Below are positions 50,778 through 63,711 of a stretch of DNA of 64,000 nt, piece by piece. Origin of the DNA: Malacoraja senta (Eukaryota); contig CM075993.1 in the NCBI GenBank assembly GCA_038087875.1, positions 4,342,001 to 4,406,000 of the forward strand. The letters run 5' to 3'. The notes under the pieces were generated by a model. It searched no databases and was not told the origin of the DNA. It saw only the letters and a program-made list of their open reading frames with translations. The stretch's first letter is position 1. Each line of letters begins with the position of its first letter. A program made the position numbers and the translations under genes.

Positions 50778-53700
50778 TTTGCTCCAAAATTCCGTTCTGT
50801 TGACATCAAAGGAATTAATTTCAGAGAGAAAGTGATTTTAATGATGAAGAATGATGATCAGTTGCTAGGAAGATGTTTGGATATTTCTTTTGGAATAGTC
50901 ACTTTCCCCTATGTTAAGGAGGGAAATATCGATGGTATATCCTGTTTTAACTAACTAGTCTGAATATCAGTGCCTCCTTCAACATAAGTCAGGAACCTTT
51001 TTAGAGAAGGTAGGATTAGCTACTTTAAGAAGATGATACGTTCATCAGGAACTCTTCATCAGAGCCTCTCGTGAAGAGAATTTCACATCGAGAACCTTTA
51101 CTGAAGAACTAACGTCGCAGACGGAAATGTCCCAAGGACATTTGTAGCAGATGGAGTCACTCCATCAGAGTCACTTTTAAACAGAACCTCTTATTATCAG
51201 CGTAGGAAGGAACTGCAGATGTTGGTTGGCACCTGTGATAGACGCAAATGCTGGAGTGACTCGGCGGGTCAGGCAGCATCTCTGGAGAAAAGGAATGGGT
51301 GATGCTTCAGATCGAGACCCTTCTTCAGACTGAGAGCGGACTGACTGAGAGGCTCTCAGTCAGAAGAACTAGCCCCAACCCAAAACATCACCTATCCATT
51401 TTCTCCAGCGATGCTGCCTGACCCACTCTGTTTCTCCAGCACTTTGTGTCAATTCTCTTTTCAAGTGAGGATGTCTAAATACTGGGACTCCATTTAAATC
51501 ACGACTAATGGTTTAAGCAGCTGAACGCACCTTTTGAGAAGTGGGGTGATGGTGAGAATGAGTAATGAGCGATGATTTGATGTAAAAAAAATGTTGATGG
51601 TTATTCTGTTTAATATTAAAAATGCACCAGGATTTAGTTTCTTTAAAGCCATTTCGTGTCTGTATTCCTACCGACCCCGATGAAGGCGATTCTCAGGGAT
51701 ATTATTCATCAATGAGATGCCAGCTCCAAGGATAGACACAAAGTGCCGGAGTAACTCAGCAGGTCAGCCAGCATCTGTGGAGAAAACCAAGAGGTGACTT
51801 TTTGGGTTGGGACCCTTCTTCAGACTGATTGTACGGGTGGGGAGGGGGACTGGAATCAAGAAGAGACCGGGACAACTCATGGCTGGCAACTTTGTCTACA
51901 TCTGTTACCGGCACTGATTTGTGCTTTCAGTTTCCCCCCCACAGTGTGAAGAAGGGTCCCGACCCAAAACGTCACCTAACCATTTTCTCCAGAGATGCTG
52001 CCTGACCCGCTGGGTTACTCCAGCATTTTGGTGTAAACCAGCATCTGCCGTTCCTTATTATTACTCATCTCCAAGGAGTTTTGTTCGGAAAACCGTGCCG
52101 TACCAGGAAAGATTGATGATTGAGGTTCGGCCATAAGATTTTGACTGTTACTCCCTGTTTTCCGTGTCCATTCCCACCCTAGTGCAGTGCAACATTTAAA
52201 ACACATTTGGACAGGTACATGGCTAGGAAAGGTTTGGAGGCATATGGGACAAATGCAGGCAGGTGGGGCTAGTATAGATGGGACACCTTGGTTGCTGTGG
52301 GCAAGTTGGTCAAAGGGCCTGTCTCCATGCTGTGTGACTCCGTAACTCTTAGTGCATGAGTTTTATCTTTCTCTGGGATGTTGGGGGGGGGGTCTCCTGC
52401 CTGTGGGATCGCACCCCGTGAGTTACTACGTTCCACAGGCTGGGAAGGAGGGTAAAAAGACATGGTACAGCAGAAGGTTTAAGAAGGAACTGCAGATACT
52501 GGAAAATCGAAGGAAGACAAAAATGCTGGAAAAACTCAGCGGGTGAGGCAGCATCTATGAAGCGAAGGAAATAGGCAACGTTTCGGGTCGAGACCCTTCT
52601 TCAGACTGCGGAAGGTCGTACGTTCTTGCCTCCACAGATGCTGCCTGGTTCCTCCAGCACTTTGCACTTTGCCCTTTGCCAACAGCAAGCGGAGTTCACC
52701 ATCTATTCAGAGTGACTCAAAATGAATCTAAAGTGGTTGTTATCACATTTCACTCCGGAAAACATTGATTTTTAAACCCCATAGCACTTGTTAAAAAACA
52801 GCATTGGCTGATTATATTTCTTGGCAATTGTGTCACTTTTTAAAACACAGCATCTCAATATCTTCACAGCCAATGAAGGACTTTAACAAAGTCAATATTA
52901 TAATGCAGGAAAAATGTGGTATATTTATTAATGCAGCACTCCATTCTATATTTTATTGATGAATAAGTTTCTATTATTAATACAGTCGGTACATTATATT
53001 AGAAGGTTCAATAGTGATGAAAAGTAATACAATCTGTACTAGAAAGTACATTGCCTAACTTGGAACTAACTCATAAAAAATAATCAACATTTAGTCTGTT
53101 TAGCATTGATTTTAATTAGTAAGGACAGTAAAACTATTCACTGTGTGTTGTGTATGAAATGAACTGCAGATGTTGGTTTAAACCGAAGATAGACACAAAA
53201 TGCTGGAGTAACTCAGCGGGACAGGCAGCATCTCTGGAGAGAAGGAATAGGTGAGGTTTCGGATCGGGTCGGGCCTGAAGAAGGGTCTCGACCCGAAATG
53301 TCACCCATTCCATCTCTCCAGAGATGCTGCCTGTCCCGCTGAGATACTCCAGCATTTTGTGTCTATATCCACCGTGTCTTAATTGAATTGGCATCAAGAC
53401 TTTCTCCTACCCCTCTTTGTTTTCCCTGTCCCCACCCCCCACTCTGGTGAGCACATATTTCTCCCAACGTCTCCCACCTCCCCAGCCGACCTGCTCCTTT
53501 CCCCCCCTCCCCTGTACTGTCGTCACCCATACCCGAGGCCCATATTCCCCTTTTACCACCCCCTCCCCTTTCCCTTCCCCCATCCACTTCCAAAGACATC
53601 CCTTGATGTATTCAAGAGAGAGTTAGATATAGCTCTTAGGGCTAACAGAATCAAGGGCTATGGGGAAAAAGCAGGAACGGGGTACTGATTTTGGATGATC

Positions 53701-54799
53701 AGCCATGATCATATTGAATGGCGGTGCTGGATCAAAGGGCCGAATGGCCTACTCCTGCCCATATGTTCTGTTTCTATGTTTCTACATCGCAACCCCTTCC
53801 AGCTGTTCATTTCACTCCTCCTCTCCTCTCCTCTCCTCTCCTCTCCTCTCCTCTCCTCTCCTCTCCTCTCCTTATCTGACAGCCTTTTGTCCCCTTTCCC
53901 CTCTGGCCTTCTTGACCTATTCCCCCCACCTCACAATCACCCCCTCCCCTCCCACCGGTACCCACCTATCACTTGCCTGGCTCTCTCCCACCTCTCTTTT
54001 GCAGCTCTCTCTCCCCCCCCCCTTCCTTCTCCATCCTGACTGAAGAAGGGTCCCATTCCCAAAAGGCCATCTGTCTATTTACCTCCACAGACGCTGCCTG
54101 ACGCGCTGAGCTGCGTTTCTTTGTGCCAAGGATTAGAGTGCCAGCGTGCGGGCAACGGATTCAGTGCACGGGACAGGGGACTGGCAGAGACTTGCGCGCA
54201 GTGTGAAGTGGGCAGTGGGGGGCATCACCTTCTGAGCGGAGACACAATCACTTTGAGCAGAGCGCGGGGGGAGAGACCATGCATCAGTTTGTGTGATTCG
54301 CCTAGAGACGAAGAGTGTTTTAATTGTGATAGGCACCAGTAATGGAACAATGATTTGTTTATTCGTTGCAGCTTAACAGGATAAGTGACGATTTGGGTCA
54401 GGACCCTTCTTCAAACTCAAGAAGAAGTCTGACAAAGGGCCCCGGCCTGAAACGTCACGTATCCACGTTACTCCAAAGAGCCCTAGTAAGAGCTAAATCT
54501 AACTCTTTCCTGAAAACATCCAGTGAATTGGCCTCCACTGTCTTGTGTGGTGGAGAATTCCACAGATTCACAACTCTCGGGGTGAAAATGTTTTTCACCA
54601 TCTCAGTCCAAACTGTCCAGTAAAGCCTGATTAAAGACAGTCCGAGGGTCTCCAGTGAGGCAGATGGTAGATCTCTAGTTGATGACAGGATGGTTCAGTG
54701 GTGACTGGAACTGCACTACCTTCTGACTGAGACGTGACGATGGTCCAGACAGGCTCTGTAGTCGAGCGGGACACCAAGAGATCTCCCTCAACATTGCAT

Positions 54800-55228
54800 G
54801 CTGTTACTAACACCTATGAGAGAGAAGCGAGTGTTACCAAACTTCTGAATTCTCTGGGGTGGAACCCTCTCCAAGACAGACGTGAAGCTCACCGTTTGAC
54901 CTGTTTTTACAAAATGTTAAATGGTCAGCTCGACATAGATTACAAGACCTACACCAAACCCAAACCAGCTAGGAGCAGACGAGGGCATTCGATCCAATTT
55001 GTGATTCCAGCTACCAAGACAGATGTGTACAGCAATTCATTCTTCCCCCGCACAATTAAAGCATGGAATAATCTCCACCCTACTTTCGTTACCCAACCAG
55101 ATGCAACTAAATTTAAGGTAGCTCTTTCTTCCCAAAAACCCTTTCTGACTTAAGTCCTCCCTCCACCACCTCCAGTTTACATTCCATTTGGAATATGTTG
55201 GAGGGCCAAGAACCAAGAACCAAGAACC
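54800..55228 (+). mobile_element. Divergent CR1-superfamily LINE 3' fragment, distinct from the dominant families
   Basis: Open frame SVTKLLNSLGWNPLQDRR..RLTCFYKM...RSRRGH...YSNSFFPRTIKAWNNL and an (aagaacc)n tail. Confidence 0.75.
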
Positions 55229-56332
55229 CTGACCTGAGTTGTGAACCTCAAGACTTCTGACGCAGAAGGTGTGCATTTTGCCCACCGAGCCAAGCCGACT
55301 GTATTGAGGCAAAGACATTGCAATGGTAAATTATCTGCAGTTTTAGCAGGTGCTGGTGTATGAGTCTGAATTACAGGAAACCGATTTCACGTTTTTTGGT
55401 TCCTTGACACATAAAGTGTTTGTTCATTAATATTGCAGCAGATAATTTCTATCTTAAAATGCTTATTGAGCTGGATATCGGTATGAAATTGAAATGCGTT
55501 ATTTGGATTTCCATTATTAAGAACGTCGTGTTAGCTTTGGGGAACTGAATGTTACCCTTCCTGCAAGCTTGCTCAGCGCTGTTACATTTCAGCACGCTTT
55601 ATTGGTAGGATTGCTGACGTGCCCGTTTACTGTTCAAAGTCGGATTGAATGTCAGTGGTGGACCAGAGGCTCATTGCACCAGCCACTGCCAATTTAGCAG
55701 CACGCCTAGAGCCTGTTTTACCAACTATAGCTGCAGCTCCCTCTGTCTCCCCTCCAGTCTGTTCTGCCGTTCACTGCGATGAGTTCTGATCTAGCTGGGG
55801 CGGCGCAGCGGTTAGAGACGCTGCCTCGTGGCGCCCACGACTCCGGTTCGATCCTGACCTCGGGCACTGTATCCTTGTGGAGTTTGCACGTTCTCCCCGT
55901 GACCTGGTGGGTTTCCTCCGGGTGCTCCGGTTTCCTCCCGCATCGCAAAGACGTGGTGGTTTGTAGGTTAATTGGCCCCCTGTAAAATTGCCCCCAGGTG
56001 TGTGGGAATGGATGAGAATGTGGGATAGCATTGGAACTAGTGTCAACAGGTGATCGATGGTCGAGAACGTCACCCATTCCTTCTCTCCAGAGATGCTGCC
56101 TATCCCACTGAGTTGCTCCAGCATTTTGCATCTACTCAAATAACACTATCCTGTTTCAGAGAAGTTCCTTGTATTCAGAAGCCTTGACAGATCATTCTCT
56201 CTCTCTGTGTCTCTCTCTGTTCTATAGTTACTGTGCAACTATTTCCCCCAAACTTCTAATGTTTAGGAAAGAACTGCAGATGCTGGTTTAAATCGAAGGT
56301 AGACGCAAAATGCTGGAGTAACTCAGCGGGAC

Positions 56333-56366
56333 AGTCTGAAGAAGGGTCTCGACCCGAAACGTCACC
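56333..56366 (+). ncRNA. Minimal hammerhead ribozyme motif in the Penelope terminal repeat
   Basis: agt-CTGAAGA-a-GGGT ctcg ACCC-GAAAC-GTC-acc: CUGANGA and GAAA boxes, a 4-bp helix II, a palindromic ACGU helix III and a GUC cleavage triplet. Confidence 0.7.
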
Positions 56367-56577
56367 CATTCCTTCTCTCCAGAGATGCTGCCTGTCCCGC
56401 TGAGTTACTCCAGCATTTTGTGTCTACCCAGCCTTCTAGTCATGAACTGTTGGTCATGATGTTGGTAATGTGAGGAGATGCTGTGCATGGCTACAGTCGG
56501 AGTCAGTGGCATTATGTTTAAAGTAGATTATGAGATCTGAGTTCCTTGACACATAAAGTGTTTGTAATCTGAGGAAT

Positions 56578-57108
56578 CTGAGGAAGGACATTATAGCCAT
56601 AGAGGGAGTGCAGAGAAGGTTCACCAGACTGATTCCTGGGATGTCAGGACTGTCTTATGAAGAAAGACTGGATAGACTTGGTTTATACTCTCTAGAATTT
56701 AGGAGATTGAGAAGGGATCTTATAGAAACTTACAAAATTCTTAAGGGGTTGGACAGGCTAGATGCAGGAAGATTGCTCCCGATGTTGGGGAAGTCCAGGA
56801 CAAGGGATCACAGCTTAAGGATAAGGGGGAAATTCTTTAAAACCGAGATGAGAAGAACTTTTTTCACACAGAGAGTGGTGAATCTCTGGAACTCTCTGCC
56901 ACAGAGGGTAGTCGAGGCCAGTTCATTGGCTATATTTAAGAGGGAGTTAGATGTGGCCCTTGTGGCTAAAGGGATCAGAGGGTATGGAGAGAAGGCAGGT
57001 ACGGGATACTGAGTTGGATGATCAGCCATGATCATATTGAATGGCGGTGCAGGCTCGAAGGGCCGAATGGCCTACTCCTGCACCTAATTTCTATGTTTCT
57101 ATGTTTCT
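56578..57108 (+). mobile_element. CR1 LINE 3' fragment (young subfamily)
   Basis: Open ORF2 C-terminus QRRFTRLIPGM..LSYEERL..LGLYSLEFRRLR.DLIETYKI..TR.H..FFTQRVVNLWNSLP, 3' UTR hairpin and (tctatgtt)n tail. Confidence 0.95.
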
Positions 57109-59535
57109 AAAGCCAACCAGAATGCTGCTCTCTTAGAGACGAGGCTCTTTACCCAATTCAGGTACATGCGAAAGATCCATGGATATGATTTAAAGAGGAG
57201 CATGTCTATAAAATCTTGAGAGGAATAGATCGGGTAGATGCACAGAATCTCTTGCCCAGGGTAGGGGAATCGAGGACCAGAGGACGTAGGTTCAAGGTGA
57301 AGGGAAAAAGATTTAATAGGAATCTGAGGGGTAACCTTTTTCACACAAAGGGTGGTGGGTGAATGGAACAAGCTGCCAGAGGAGGTAGTTGAGGCTGGGA
57401 CTATCCCAACTTTTAAGAAACAGTTAGACAGGTACATGGATAGGACAAGTTTGGAGGGATATGGACCAAGCGCAGGTAGGTGGGACCAGTGTAGCTGGGA
57501 CATGTTGGTCGGTGTGGGCAAGTTGGGCCGAAAGGCCTGTTTCCACACTGTATCACTCTCGGAGCAGGTCACTATCCCAGATTACATTTATTCGTTTTTA
57601 AGGAAACCCAACAACCACAGATTATCTGGTAGACAAAAATGCTGGAGAAACTCAGCGGGTGAGACAGCATCTATGGAACGAAGGAATAGGCGACGTTTCG
57701 GGTCAAGACCCTTCTTCTATTATAATGCTGTTGACTTTGCCCTGCCCAAATGGAATAATAAATGAGGGATCACAGTTGCAAAAAAAAAATCATTGAGAAA
57801 TATTGATTAGGGACTTGTCTTTTTTACTTCTGTGAAGGAACTACCTGCAATTTAAACATTATTGAGAGAGCTGTACTCTAAATCTAATCTGTGCTTCGAA
57901 CTAACCTGGGAGTGATATACATCCTGGCGAGTTTACCATGTACTCTGAGCTATTTTTAGTGCCCTGATTAATGCATTGATAGAGATTCCCGTCAGTGCAG
58001 TCTTTAAGGCAGATGCGCATCGATTTAAAATAAACAGGTTATTGACTCTGTGGATATACAGATTAGCAGCAGAGAGGAATTTAAACCGACAGGTGTCAAA
58101 TGCGGGACCGCTCAGATCTCTCCAGCCGTGACTTTACACAGCAGGAGATGACAGACTTGCATTCACAAGCGTCTTTACCAGCACCTCGCTGATCATCCCA
58201 AAATGCTTTACAGCCCTTGGGGTTGGCTTGTGGAACCGATGAGTGGATACAAGCCTTCATTCAGCCTGCGGCCTACAACAACTTAAAGCCGCGGTCTCCG
58301 GTGAGGAAGAGCCGATCCTGGACTGACTCTGGACTCTGGTCCTGTCCACGGAGGGGAAATGGAGGAGGATTGGCCAAATTTTTGTGCCTTCCACCACAGT
58401 GTTGAATGCTGTGGTGGATGTTTCTTTATTATTGTATCGCTGCTGACAACCCAAAAATTCCACCAGCTTGGCTGTGTGGTCATTAAAATATTATACTATA
58501 CTTATACTATAAGCTTTTTCCATTGAGAGTAGGGAAGATTCAAACAAGAGGACATGATTTGAGAATTAAGGGACAAATGTTTAGGGGTAACATGAGGGGG
58601 AACTTATTTACTCAGAGAGTGGTAGCTGTGTGGAATGAGCTTCCAGTGGAAGTGGTGGAGGCAGGTTCGATTTTATTATTTAAAAATAAATTGGATAGGT
58701 ATATGGACGGGAAAGGAATGGAAGGTTATGGTCTGAGTGCAGGTAGATGGGATTAGGTGAGAGTAAGCGTTCGGCACGGACTAGAAGGGCCGAGATGGCC
58801 TGTTTCCGTGCTGTAATGGTTATATGGTCATTCATTGGACATCACCACTCAAGAGGGCTGTGGGAGGCTCCAGTATATTTAAGATGAAGGTCAATAGTTT
58901 CAAGAGAGAGAAGTTGGCAGGTGTTGTTACAGTGGCGCAGCGGTAGAGTTGCTGCCTTACAGCGCCAGAGACCCCCGTTCGATCGGCTTGTCTGTACGGA
59001 GTTTGTACGTTCTCCCTGTGGCCGCGTGGGTTTTCATCGGGTGCTCCGGTTTCCTCCCACACTCCAAAGACGTACAGGTTTGTAGGTTAATTGGCTTGGG
59101 ATAAAGGTAACTTTTCCACAGTCTGCTCTCGGGAGAGGTTGACCAGGCTGGTGACTCTATTCCCTGGATCGCAGGAGGATGAGGGGTGATCTTATAGGGG
59201 TGTCCAAAATGATGAGGGGAATAGATCGGGTAGACGCACAGAGTTTCTTGCCCAGAGTTGGGGTATCGAGAACCGGGGGGGCATAGGTTTAAGGTGAGGG
59301 GGGCAAGATTTAATAGGAATCTGAGGGGTAACTTTTTCACGCAAAGGGTGGTGGGTGTTCGGAGCAAGCTGCTGGAGGAGGTAGTTGATGCAGGGACTAT
59401 CTTTAAGAAGGACAGGTACCCTTCTTCGGACTCAGCGGGACAGGGAGCATCGCTTGAGAATGTGGATAAGTGACGTTTCAGGTCGGGACCCTTCTTCGAA
59501 CTCATCGAGTCAGGCAGCATCCCTGGAGAACATGG

Positions 59536-59786
59536 ATAGGTGACGTTTCGGGTCCGTCGGTACTCGGGGCTCTCGTGGACATTTTTCATCATGTTGAAAA
59601 ATCTTCACGAGTCTTCCCGTGCTTACCTGCCGTTAGCGAGTCTTCCCGAGTACCTGCCGTTAGCGCTAAGAGACGTCCCCGAGCTCCGACGTACCCGCTA
59701 CGTTCATTCTCCGTGCTTACCACGAGTTTGGTTTTTTTTTAACTCGGGAGAGCTCTTGGAATGAACTCGTACCGTGGGACAGGGGT
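59536..59786. mobile_element. Truncated MITE related to 12468-12773
   Basis: Shares gtactcggggctctcgtggacatttttca and the right-end sequence aactcgggagagctctt...gtgggacag. Confidence 0.65.
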
Positions 59787-60436
59787 ATAACGTCATCGCT
59801 TTGTGTCCCTCCTTTGTAAGGTTAACCAACGTGCTGACCCTGAGGGGGGGTTTTCGTCGAGATTCAGCCCCTCTTCAAACCTCTGGACGTTCAGGTCTAG
59901 ACTGAGCTCTGGGCCCACCAGCCCACCTCCTCCTCACCTGGACGTCCCCCGCCTGATGTGCCGTGATCGGTTGTCCGCTGCTGGAGGCAGACAGGAGAGG
60001 GCAGCTGGGTACAGATGCCTCACACGTTGTGATGCTCAGGTTGTGAGCCAGAGCTCTGATTGATGGGTCAATTAAGAAGTTGTGGATGTTGTGAGCCCGC
60101 CCCATCACTGGGGGGAGGAAGATGGAGAATTGATTTTGCTTCTGTACGTCTGCGAAAGAGCCGCTCGCAGAAGGTAGGAGATGTAAATGAACCTGCTTGT
60201 AAGAGCTGCTGTTTTACAATCATTAACATTTCCCTACACTTGTAGCTGGCTTGCAGCTATTAGAGAGCTTTAACCTGTGTCTCACTGTCTCCTGGTGCAG
60301 ATCGTTAGAAAATGTTCACCATAGCAATCAGCTGGGAAAAGTTGGCCGATTAGCGATGGTTTGTCCAAATGTCATTTAAATATTGTTTGTATTGCATTAA
60401 GGATTACTATAGTGGATTACATTTGCGAACAAGAAG

Positions 60437-61060
60437 AATAGAAACATAGAAACATAGAAAATAGGTGCAGGAGCAGGCCATTCGGCCCTTCGAGCCTGCA
60501 CCGCCATTTGATATGATCATGGCTGATCATCCAACTCAGTATCCCATCCCTGCCTTCTCTCCATACCCCCTGATCCCTTTAGCCACAAGGGCCACATCTA
60601 ACTCCCTCTTAAATATAGCCAATGAACTGGCCTCAACTACCTTCTGTGGCAGAGAATTCCAGAGATTCACCACTCTCTGTGTAAAAAATGATTTCCTCAT
60701 CTCGGTCCTAAAAGTCTTCCCTCTTATCCTTAAACTGTGACCCCTAGTTCTGGACTTCCCCAACATCGGGAATAATCTTCCTGCATCTAGCCTGTCCAAC
60801 CCCTTAAGAATTTTGTAAGTTTCTATAAGATCCCCCCTCAGTCTTCTGAATTCCAACGTGTACAAGCCGAGTCTATCCAGTCTTTCCTCATATGAAAGTC
60901 CTGCCATCCCAGGAATCAGTCTGGTGAACCTTCTCTGTACTCCCTCTATGGCAAGAATGTATTTCCTCAGATTAGGAGACCAAAACTGGAGGCAATACTC
61001 CAGGTGTGGTCTCACCAAGACCCTGTACAACTGCAGTAGAACCTCCCTGCTCTTATACTC
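60437..61060 (-). mobile_element. CR1 LINE 3' fragment
   Basis: ORF with LVRPHLEYC.QFWSP...QRRFTRLIPG motifs and a (atagaaac)n tail. Confidence 0.95.
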
Positions 61061-61094
61061 AATGACAAAGAATGACAAAGAAGTATTACACCAG

Positions 61095-61420
61095 GGTGGC
61101 ATAGGGCACTGCTCATAGAGCTGCTGCCTCACTGCGTCAGTGATCCGACTTAGACCCTGACTTCAGGTGCTTTGTGTCTGTGTGGAGTTTGCACGCTCTC
61201 CAAGTGACTGCGTGGGTTTCCTCCAGGTGCTCCGGTTTCCTCCCACATCCCAAAGACGTGGGGGTTTGTAGGTTAATTGGCCCTCTTTGTGAATTTCCCC
61301 CTAGTGTGTATGGAGTGGATGAGAAAGTGGGATAACATAGAACGAGTGATCAATAGCTGGTGTGGACTCAGTGGGCCTGTTTTCATGCTGCATCTCTAAA
61401 CTAAGCGATACTAAACTAAA
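61095..61420 (+). mobile_element. Older, diverged HE1-like SINE variant
   Basis: V-domain core plus the variant segment gagtggatgagaaagtgggataacatagaac, also seen near 7230, 29680 and 56010. Confidence 0.7.
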
Positions 61421-61553
61421 CACTATTATATGAAGTATATGATATCTGTGTTAAATATTACAAATATTAAATCTGCATGCACTTTGTGAGAATTCATCCA
61501 CTGTTATTTTCCCCACCCCCAAGTTATTTCTGCCTATAGAGTAGGCCCTATAT

Positions 61554-61886
61554 TGGCCCTGTCCCACGATGCGAGTTTACCCAAGAGCTCTCCCGAGTTT
61601 AAAAAAAATAATCAAACTCGGGGTATTCTAGGAACTCCTATGACCTTCCACGAGTAGTTCACGGGCTCCTACGAGTAAAAAGTAACAATTTTTTCCATCA
61701 CGGGTATCTTTTTACCCGTGGACATTTTTCACAGACTTCACAAGTAAAAAAATACTCGTGATGATAATTTTTTTTACTCGTAGGAGCTCGCGAACATACT
61801 CGTGGACGTTCGTAGGAGTTCGTAGAATACCATGAGTTTGATTTTTTAAAAACTCTTGGGTAAACTCGCGTCGTGGGACAGGGCCG
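61554..61886. mobile_element. PIF/Harbinger-like MITE
   Basis: TIRs ggccctgtcccacgatgcgagtttacccaagag / ctcttgggtaaactcgcgtcgtgggacagggcc. Confidence 0.75.
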
Positions 61887-62139
61887 TTACCCCAATGATT
61901 ATGCTGTTGTACCTCTGTTCTAAGTCCCAAAGGATCTAGTCTACACCTCAGACCCCTAACAATCAAAACATTCTGCTTTCTGCTTTCCAAACTGGAGTCA
62001 ATGTTTGCCCGACCCTCAGAGTTACTCCAGCACTTTGTGTCTTTCCTTGGTAAACCAGCATCCGCAGTCCCTTATTACTACGTGCTCTTGGAACCGCTCT
62101 CTATGTCTGATAATAACCAGATCTTCAGCTTTCAATGAG

Positions 62140-62940
62140 GGCGATGGAAGGGGGTAAGAAGTGCCTCGGATGCTCATCTGCTCTTCTGCGAGATAGTGTC
62201 ATGAGATTTATCTCACCATGCTGAGAGATTTAAGGGGCTGTCCCACTTGGGCGACCTAATTGGCGAGTTTAGAAGAGTTTAGGAGAGTTTGAAAAAATGT
62301 CATGTTGAAGACCTCCTTCCACTATGTAGAAAACCTCCTTTGACCTCCTTCGACTATGTTGAAGACCAGTACGACTAACTCCGGGAAAATTGGACACCGA
62401 ATAGTGGAGAGTGACGACGACCTCCTTCGACCTCCTTCGACCTCCTTCGACCTCCCTTCGACTATGATGTACACTATCTACGACTACCTTCGACTACCCT
62501 CGATTACCTACGACTAACATGCCGACCTACTACGACCTACTGCGACTAAACCTACAAGTAAAAAAAGTATAGATTTTTTCATGGTGACCTTTTTTTACTC
62601 GCGGGCATTTTTCAACATGGTTGAAAAATACGCCGCGACCTAGCCGAGGCCTCGAGTACACGGGGACCACTCTCGAGTATGAAGGAGAGTTACAAAGACC
62701 TCCCACGACCTCGTGTCGACCATGCTGCGAGTATGAGTCGAGGGCAAACTCGCCAGAACTCGCGGATTAGGTCGCCCAAGTGGGACAGCCCCTTTAGTTA
62801 AGCATCCATTGCAAACAGAACAGAACGCCCTCAGTACTGCGTTCAGTATCAGCGTAGTTTTTGTGTCCAAGTATCTGGAGTGAGACTTGAACCTACAACC
62901 TTCTGACTCAGAAGTAAGTGTGTGCCTCCACTGAAGCATT
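62140..62940 (-). mobile_element. Ancient Deu-domain (SacSINE1-like) SINE split by the MITE at 62233-62793
   Basis: Reverse-complement head cagtggaggcacacacttacttctgagtcagaaggttgtaggttcaagtctcactccaga...cagtactgaggg, with Deu-like catgacactatctcgcagaagagcag on the other side of the MITE. Confidence 0.55.
62233..62793. mobile_element. PIF/Harbinger-like MITE inserted in an old Deu-type SINE
   Basis: TIRs aggggctgtcccacttgggcgacctaat; TTA TSD; internal (cgacctcctt)n and cgacta repeats. Confidence 0.8.
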
Positions 62941-63355
62941 TAAACAAGCGTTTAATATGACATAAACTGCCGCTCTGATAATCCAGGGAATTTGCTAACA
63001 ATTCACATTAATGTGTACAGGTTGTTCCATTCCTTTATAACAGGCAATGATATAAAATCCTCTCTCAGCAACATAAGATTATGTGAGTCATGGGACCTCA
63101 GTACTTGCTCTTCTATAGTTTGTTATCTGTCACTTAACAATATCTAACTACCCCCGCAAACATTGCTTTATGTTCCATTATAAATGATACAAAAGTTTAC
63201 ACATCTCATTGTCCAGGGTTTCTTGAGGTGGTAAAGGCACACGTTGTGAGAGTCTTGACTTCACTTTTTAGCCGTGGATGAGTTTGCACAGAAGCAAGGG
63301 AGGATACTGAAAGTTGCGGCTCTGAACGTCAAGGTCCCTGGATTTTGTAGACTAA

Positions 63356-63667
63356 TGGGCCTGTCCCGCTTACGCGACTTTTTCGGCGACTTGCCGGCAC
63401 CCGTCATAGTTGCAGCAGGTTGATAATCCAGCGGGGACCAGAATAAGGAACGACTCTTTGGTTGACTACTCACGACCATACAGGCTTCACCCCACGACAT
63501 GTCGCCAGGGTGTCGCCTGTATGGTCGTGAGTCGTCTCCTCAGTCGCCCAAAGAGTCGGAGCATTTTTCTGGTCGCCGCTGGGTTGTTGAAAACTTTCGC
63601 CGACCTGCAACGACCTATGATGGGTGCCAGCAGTCGCCGAAAAAGTCACGTAAGTGGGACAGGCCCA
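63356..63667. mobile_element. PIF/Harbinger-like MITE
   Basis: TIRs tgggcctgtcccgcttacgcgactttttcggcgact / agtcgccgaaaaagtcacgtaagtgggacaggccca. Confidence 0.75.
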
Positions 63668-63711
63668 TTGGCACTGGTGTGTTCCTACCCCTTGTCGCAA
63701 CCCCTTGTCGC

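Noticed and set aside
60536..61132. 198-aa ORF as a functional reverse transcriptase gene
   Set aside because: It is only the C-terminal end of CR1 ORF2 fused by chance to SINE sequence; the RT catalytic core is absent.
62330..62560. Short direct repeats resembling a CRISPR or iteron array
   Set aside because: There are no unique spacers of regular length, the repeats lie inside a TIR-bounded MITE, and the context is eukaryotic.
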